From a virus (taxonomy: Duplodnaviria > Caudoviricetes): a stretch of 39,921 bases of DNA. The translations under genes and the position numbers were made by a program. The DNA lies in IMG/VR virus record IMGVR_UViG_3300037313_000660, positions 1-39,921 of that record; one strand, 5' to 3'. Of the stretch, positions 35,297 through 39,921 are shown one piece after another (the first letter of the stretch is position 1; the number at the start of each line of letters is the position of its first letter). The notes below the pieces were generated by a model. The model saw only the letters and a program-made list of their open reading frames with translations. It was not told the DNA's origin and ran no database searches.

Positions 35297-35323
35297 ATTC
35301 TTATAACCGTATAAGCAAATATA

Positions 35324-36577
35324 TTAAATTTCAGGTTCATTTGAAACAATATTTAAATGTTTTAATTTATCCTGATGCTCTGCATTAAAGTGATACCTTA
35401 GACAGTCTAAATGGTGGGTTAATTTCTCATCTGTCTTAATGATTTCGAACTTGTTGTTCTTCTTTTGTACTTTAACTTTCTTAATGTCATTAACCAAACC
35501 CTCGCAACTTGAATCTATCTCAATATTTAGATTCTTAAATAGGTAGTTAGAGAGCAAGTAACTGTTTAAATGTGATGGATTAACTGAAGGTACGTTGAAT
35601 TGCTCCCAAATGAATCTCCTTTTTTCTTTAATTATTTCATAGGCCGATCTATTCCCTTTTGTTAAAGCACTCCCTGAAGATCCAGAAGCGTCTCCGTTTA
35701 CCACAGTAAGAAACCCTGGGAAATCCAATACTATCTGCTCCTGGAGTGTCTCTAGGTCGAATAAATCTGCATGGTATTCCTTTAAAACTCTTATTGTTTT
35801 ATGGTCTGGATTCTGAATAATCAATACAGTGTTGGCAATGTTAAAATCGTAGCACTCAAAAAGATCAAGTCCTTTAATTGGAGTTAATCCAGGTTTAACA
35901 TTAACATTATAATCAAAGTATTGAATAAAATTCTTGCCATCGAAATTAACATATTCCGCACCGTACTCCTGATTAAAAACATCTTCTGGAAACTCAGCTT
36001 TGATTTCCTCAATCTCATCTTTGGATATATAAGGGTTTGACCAGGTAGGATAGTGAAAAGATGCCCAATTATCTCTTTTTTGTGACCGTTCATCTAATTC
36101 TTTAAAATCGTTGTCTCCGTTTGGTGTGGATAGAAAGTATGCATCGCCTCTAAAATCAGTTAAGAATGCCCTTAATACCTTATTCCAAACATCTTTTAAA
36201 ACCTTAACATAGGCTGCCTCATCAACTATAACTCTTTTGTACTTTCGGCCCCTTGGAGCGTTTCCATCCTGTAATGACCAGAAATCTATCTGACCACCTC
36301 CGAGTATTTTAATGTATTTTAATTGCGAGTTCTTTTTAACTATGATTGGCTCAAGGATATTAACCACCTCATTCCATACCTCTTCTAATGTTTTGTATTG
36401 AGGCGTAAAATATGCAGATGGGAAGCCTTCTAAAGCAGTTTCAACAAGTAGGTCGGTAGCTATAACGGTTTTACCAAACCGCCTTCCACAACGAACTGTA
36501 TTGAATCTTTTCCTTTTATTTAATATTTCTTGCTGCTTCTGGTGTAATTCAGGAAGCTGTATCTGAATCGTTGGCAC
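35324..36577 (-). CDS. terL: Terminase large subunit
   Basis: H.KQ adenine-binding motif, Walker A GRRFGKT, Walker B VIVDEAA, coupling motif STP, QEYGAEY, and nuclease residues YDFN and HHLDCLRY. Confidence 0.95.
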   Translation of the reverse strand: MPTIQIQLPELHQKQQEILNKRKRFNTVRCGRRFGKTVIATDLLVETALEGFPSAYFTPQYKTLEEVWNEVVNILEPIIVKKNSQLKYIKILGGGQIDFWSLQDGNAPRGRKYKRVIVDEAAYVKVLKDVWNKVLRAFLTDFRGDAYFLSTPNGDNDFKELDERSQKRDNWASFHYPTWSNPYISKDEIEEIKAEFPEDVFNQEYGAEYVNFDGKNFIQYFDYNVNVKPGLTPIKGLDLFECYDFNIANTVLIIQNPDHKTIRVLKEYHADLFDLETLQEQIVLDFPGFLTVVNGDASGSSGSALTKGNRSAYEIIKEKRRFIWEQFNVPSVNPSHLNSYLLSNYLFKNLNIEIDSSCEGLVNDIKKVKVQKKNNKFEIIKTDEKLTHHLDCLRYHFNAEHQDKLKHLNIVSNEPEI

Positions 36578-36998
36578 GTTTTACCCTTACAACCTCGATT
36601 TTGATAGGGTCTTTATCAGTGTTCCCGTCAGGCTTTTCTTTCCATTGTTCGGGCCGTCTATTTTTAAGCCAAAATATCATTGAAGTTGCGTCAGGGGGAT
36701 AGTATTTAGTTGTAGGAATAATCTGTACTCTGCCTTTTACAACCACTATTTTGTCTTCTGGGTGCGAATATCCCTTTGCTCTTTCATAAAGTGACTTTTC
36801 GATTATCTCGTCAGCCTCTTCTTTCCAGGACTTTAGGGACTCAAAAAATTGGGGATGCTCTTTCTTATAATTATTAAAAGATTGTTCTGTGACTCCAAAA
36901 AATGAAGCCATTTCGGCATCAGTAAATCCCTTTTTTGCTAAGATTTCTAATTGCCTTAAATCTATTTGATTAAACTTACTAGGTCGTCCTGCTCCCAT
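36549..36998 (-). CDS. terS: Terminase small subunit
   Basis: GRPSKF, HTH, SLYERAKGY and PPDATSMIFWLKNRRPEQW motifs; overlaps terL. Confidence 0.92.
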   Translation of the reverse strand: MGAGRPSKFNQIDLRQLEILAKKGFTDAEMASFFGVTEQSFNNYKKEHPQFFESLKSWKEEADEIIEKSLYERAKGYSHPEDKIVVVKGRVQIIPTTKYYPPDATSMIFWLKNRRPEQWKEKPDGNTDKDPIKIEVVRVKRANDSDTAS

Positions 36999-37305
36999 AT
37001 TGTCAACTGAAGCAAATTACAAAATAATTAGATTAAAACCTAATAAATAGGTGTTATAAGCTCAAAACCTAATACCCATGCCCTATTAGCCAATAACCTA
37101 GCTTTTATCGAAAGCTGGAATAGTTTGCAAGAATATCTTATTCAAGAAGTAAACGAAGGTAAAACAGAATTTAGAATCTCATTCCATGGCAAAGAAAATT
37201 TTATTATTCATCCCTTGAATAAAGACGGCAAAACGATTGATTTAAAAATTATCAATTGAATCTAAATTAGTTAAAGCAGTAATAATTAAAGTAAATAAAT
37301 AGAGT

Positions 37306-37455
37306 ATGGAAAAAGAAAAACTTGAAGAGCTTATTACCCAATTAGAAAAGGAAATGCCATCTTTAATTGATATAGATTCAGACCTTATGGATAATGCAGA
37401 AAGGATTAATCTTTATCTCGCTTTAAAGAAATATTTAGAAAGATATTATTGGTAA
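37306..37455 (+). CDS. Hypothetical protein (49 aa, not in the ORF track)
   Basis: MEKEKLEELITQLEKEMP...ERYYW with an AT-rich leader. Confidence 0.5.
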   Translation: MEKEKLEELITQLEKEMPSLIDIDSDLMDNAERINLYLALKKYLERYYW

Positions 37456-37534
37456 TTTAGTGGACAACTCCCCTATGAAATACTAGGTTAAATAGTTAAT
37501 AATTAGTAAATTAAAGGTATGAAAGTAATATAAA

Positions 37535-37720
37535 ATGACTGTATTAGATTTGATAATAAAACTTCAACAATTACCTCCAAATATGGAAGTAATGATTGAT
37601 CACACAAGAGATGAATCGAACATGTTTAAATTCGTTGAGATTAATTTTGCAGGAGAAGTAGAAACCTCTTTAAATGAAAAGTTGGTAGTTTTATCTCCAC
37701 TAGAATTAGACTTTGCTTAA
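37535..37720 (+). CDS. Small phage protein (MTV.DLI.KLQ.LP...EV type)
   Basis: N-terminal motif common in small phage proteins. Confidence 0.7.
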   Translation: MTVLDLIIKLQQLPPNMEVMIDHTRDESNMFKFVEINFAGEVETSLNEKLVVLSPLELDFA

Positions 37721-37804
37721 ACTCTTGTAATTCTTCTGTCTCTAAAATATGTTTTGTTTCTTCTTCTTTCATCTCTATTTCTTATTTAGTAAATACCTGA
37801 TTAA

Positions 37805-38089
37805 TTAATTATTTTTCTTTCCGTACTCACAATACTTACCGCAATCGCATCTTTGACTTAAATATTCATCACATCCTTCAGAAAGTATTAACATAGAATC
37901 AGATTTTTCACTATTTATCAATTCTACATTTTCACAACGTACCCAGTCAATACTTTGCCCGTCTTCTACAATATCCAAACCAATTAAATTTTCTTGAAAG
38001 TCTACTGTTATGATGCCATACTCTTGTTCTTTGTACTTGGCTCTCATTCCTGATACCCATCTTGTATTGTTAAATTCTTCTATTGTCAT
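37805..38089 (-). CDS. Hypothetical protein (SH3-like pattern, Cys-rich tail)
   Basis: 94-aa ORF. Confidence 0.65.
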   Translation of the reverse strand: MTIEEFNNTRWVSGMRAKYKEQEYGIITVDFQENLIGLDIVEDGQSIDWVRCENVELINSEKSDSMLILSEGCDEYLSQRCDCGKYCEYGKKNN

Positions 38090-38117
38090 ATAACTTTCCG
38101 TTTAGTTAAATACTGTA

Positions 38118-38429
38118 TTACTTCTTAAAAATTATTTCAGACATTCTTTCAAGTCTCTTTTTTCGATTTTCATTAATCGTTTCATGTATATCATAAAAAT
38201 TAACATCTGCCCTTGATTTTGATAGTGTGTATCCATGCTGAGCCATGAACCATAAGAAGTAATCTATAATGTAAATTTGTTCGTTCACCCAATTTCCATT
38301 TTCTTGATACCATTCGTTTTTTGAGTAATTTTCACTAATTGCTTTGAATAGATCTTTTTGATCATGGAAATCCTGCATAAACTTAGGTAGATGCTTTCCG
38401 GTTTTTACATATTCAAATGGCTCTTTCAT
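38118..38429 (-). CDS. Phage hypothetical protein
   Basis: HLP.FM.DFHDQKDLFKAI...Y.IDYFLWFMA.HGYTL.KSR motif. Confidence 0.75.
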   Translation of the reverse strand: MKEPFEYVKTGKHLPKFMQDFHDQKDLFKAISENYSKNEWYQENGNWVNEQIYIIDYFLWFMAQHGYTLSKSRADVNFYDIHETINENRKKRLERMSEIIFKK

Positions 38430-38631
38430 ATTACCTTCTTATCGTTTAAATATTTAATTACTTCTTTAAAATCCTCTGTTGTTAACTTTATAAATGTTTT
38501 CTTCTTTACTACATACCCAGTTTTTAAATCATCTATTACTTCCCAGTCTCCTTTTTATAAGCTACTGCTGTATCATGGTTGTAGTATTCTATAAAGCCGT
38601 GTTCTCGGAGGTCAAATATGGAGGTTATCAT
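38426..38631 (-). pseudogene. Possibly frameshifted small gene
   Basis: ATG 38631 frame stops soon after TAT AAA AAG GAG. The -1 frame continues to TGA 38426, overlapping the next ATG. Confidence 0.35.
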
Positions 38632-38634
38632 AGT

Positions 38635-38907
38635 TTACTCAATTATTGATAATTCTGACATATAATTACACCTCTTGTCATTTCCAGTTTCAGCATAAAA
38701 CCATTTATTATATGCCATGTCTGGAAACCTTACAGCACACCCTTTGTAATTTCCACAATTCTTTATTTCAACTATTATTCCATCTATAGCTTTTGAATTC
38801 TTAACAGGTGTTTCAATTCTTACTTTTGGTAAAGTTCCTTTTCCGCAAGCCTTTAATAGTTCTTCAAATGTCATATGTATATAATTTATTTTGTTATCTC
38901 TTTCCAT
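38635..38907 (-). CDS. Hypothetical protein
   Basis: 90-aa ORF. Confidence 0.6.
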   Translation of the reverse strand: MERDNKINYIHMTFEELLKACGKGTLPKVRIETPVKNSKAIDGIIVEIKNCGNYKGCAVRFPDMAYNKWFYAETGNDKRCNYMSELSIIE

Positions 38908-39125
38908 TCTGTTGTACTGTCTGAGTTCTTTTCTAATCGGTATTTTATTTTACCATTTATTGCGTCGATCTGGCCTTTTCGGTATCCATCATTCTCTTTA
39001 ATAATTATCGTACAAACAATAACCATAAGACTAATTACGCATCCTACAATCTTTCCAGTTTCTGATTCGCTTAAACCGATTATTGAAAATCCGATTACTA
39101 TTAAAATTACAAATACTAGTTCCAT
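38886..39125 (-). CDS. Small membrane protein
   Basis: Two TM segments followed by GYRKGQIDAINGKIKYRL. Confidence 0.65.
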   Translation of the reverse strand: MELVFVILIVIGFSIIGLSESETGKIVGCVISLMVIVCTIIIKENDGYRKGQIDAINGKIKYRLEKNSDSTTEWKEITK

Positions 39126-39212
39126 ATTCTATTTATTTTCTGTCTGTAGGTATCTGATTAATTACTTTATTCTCATTTCAAAAGGCTCAATAATTGCAGT
39201 AATACAATATTT

Positions 39213-39425
39213 TTATTTCCATTCATTGGCCCAATCTTCATACTTAAATATTGCCAATGGTTCTTTAGATTCTTTATAACATACCATAAACCATTTTTCC
39301 ACATTTATTCCTATGTGTGAAAGCATACCTCTTTCTTCTGGTGTAAGCTCTTCAAAAGGTTCTGGTTTACCTCCTATACCCTCGGTAGTGTCTCTTCCGT
39401 TATTAAATCCGTTAAGCTTTTTCAT
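39213..39425 (-). CDS. Hypothetical protein
   Basis: 70-aa ORF. Confidence 0.6.
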   Translation of the reverse strand: MKKLNGFNNGRDTTEGIGGKPEPFEELTPEERGMLSHIGINVEKWFMVCYKESKEPLAIFKYEDWANEWK

Positions 39426-39443
39426 CTGTCCTTATCTTATTAG

Positions 39444-39905
39444 TTAGTAAATAGGTTTGGTTAATAGTTCTGGATTTTGATAAATATTACCTATCACCTC
39501 TGAATATCTTGTAGGGTCATAAACATTCATAAAGCAACAAAAATAGTCTCCACAAGTTGCGCCCCAGGCAGACATAAAAGGATTTTCATAATTATTTTTA
39601 AAACATCCTCTTGCATCCCATTCGAGCGTATGCATTACTTGCATATTTTTAGGTGTCATATTGAATTCAGCTTTCAAAATATCTCCTTCATAGATATCTA
39701 CCCCATTTTTATCTTTTAATCCTGTAAGCTCTCCAACTGTTTTAGGATCTACATCATAATGTTTAATTGAAAAATCATTGGCAAACCTTTCATGAATCTG
39801 ACATTTAACTGATAATTCATTAACATCTATTTCTGATTGTAGTAATGAGCCATATACCCACTCTCCATTATCAAGTCTTTTTCCCCTAAATTTTATTTCT
39901 CTCAT
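39444..39905 (-). CDS. YopX family phage protein
   Basis: MREIKFRGKR..NGEWVYG, TGLKDKNG.DIYEGDI and EVIGNIYQNPELL motifs. Confidence 0.92.
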   Translation of the reverse strand: MREIKFRGKRLDNGEWVYGSLLQSEIDVNELSVKCQIHERFANDFSIKHYDVDPKTVGELTGLKDKNGVDIYEGDILKAEFNMTPKNMQVMHTLEWDARGCFKNNYENPFMSAWGATCGDYFCCFMNVYDPTRYSEVIGNIYQNPELLTKPIY

Positions 39906-39921
39906 AATTATTATCTGTTAT

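Noticed and set aside
493-39279. Short antisense or nested ORFs in the track (e.g. 493-702, 1945-2133, 8542-8832, 9240-9455, 10077-11015, 29592-31675, 33917-34132, 35884-36093, 38875-39279)
   Set aside because: They are shadows of well-supported genes on the other strand or frame and show no independent motifs.
1-39921. Stop-codon reassignment as seen in some Bacteroidota phages
   Set aside because: Long genes are intact under the standard code, and TAG and TGA both end genes at coupled junctions.

Overview
AT-rich segment of a tailed dsDNA phage or prophage, probably siphovirus-like and infecting Bacteroidota (inferred from TAnnTTTG promoter motifs, lipoproteins and a PorT-like beta-barrel). 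The minus strand carries the virion module in an unusual order: TerS/TerL, HNH, frameshifted tail chaperone, tape measure, tail protein, portal, gp7-like head protein, five glycosyltransferases plus a FkbM methyltransferase, scaffold, major capsid, tail tube, neck proteins, tail fibre, GH19 endolysin and holins. Plus-strand accessory islands interrupt this module. The standout locus is 17877-19568: a small HTH gene, a stand-alone Cas7/RAMP-like gene and an accessory gene, followed by a non-coding array. The array has three G-rich tracts of GGY-NN pentamers (10, 10 and 14 units) separated by two compact tRNA-like elements with full covariation, then a hairpin and a degenerate tRNA. This looks like a phage RNA-guided system with a non-contiguous guide code. 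From memory it resembles the recently reported VIPR-type systems, which I cannot verify here. All product calls come from motif reading and gene context; no database searches were run.
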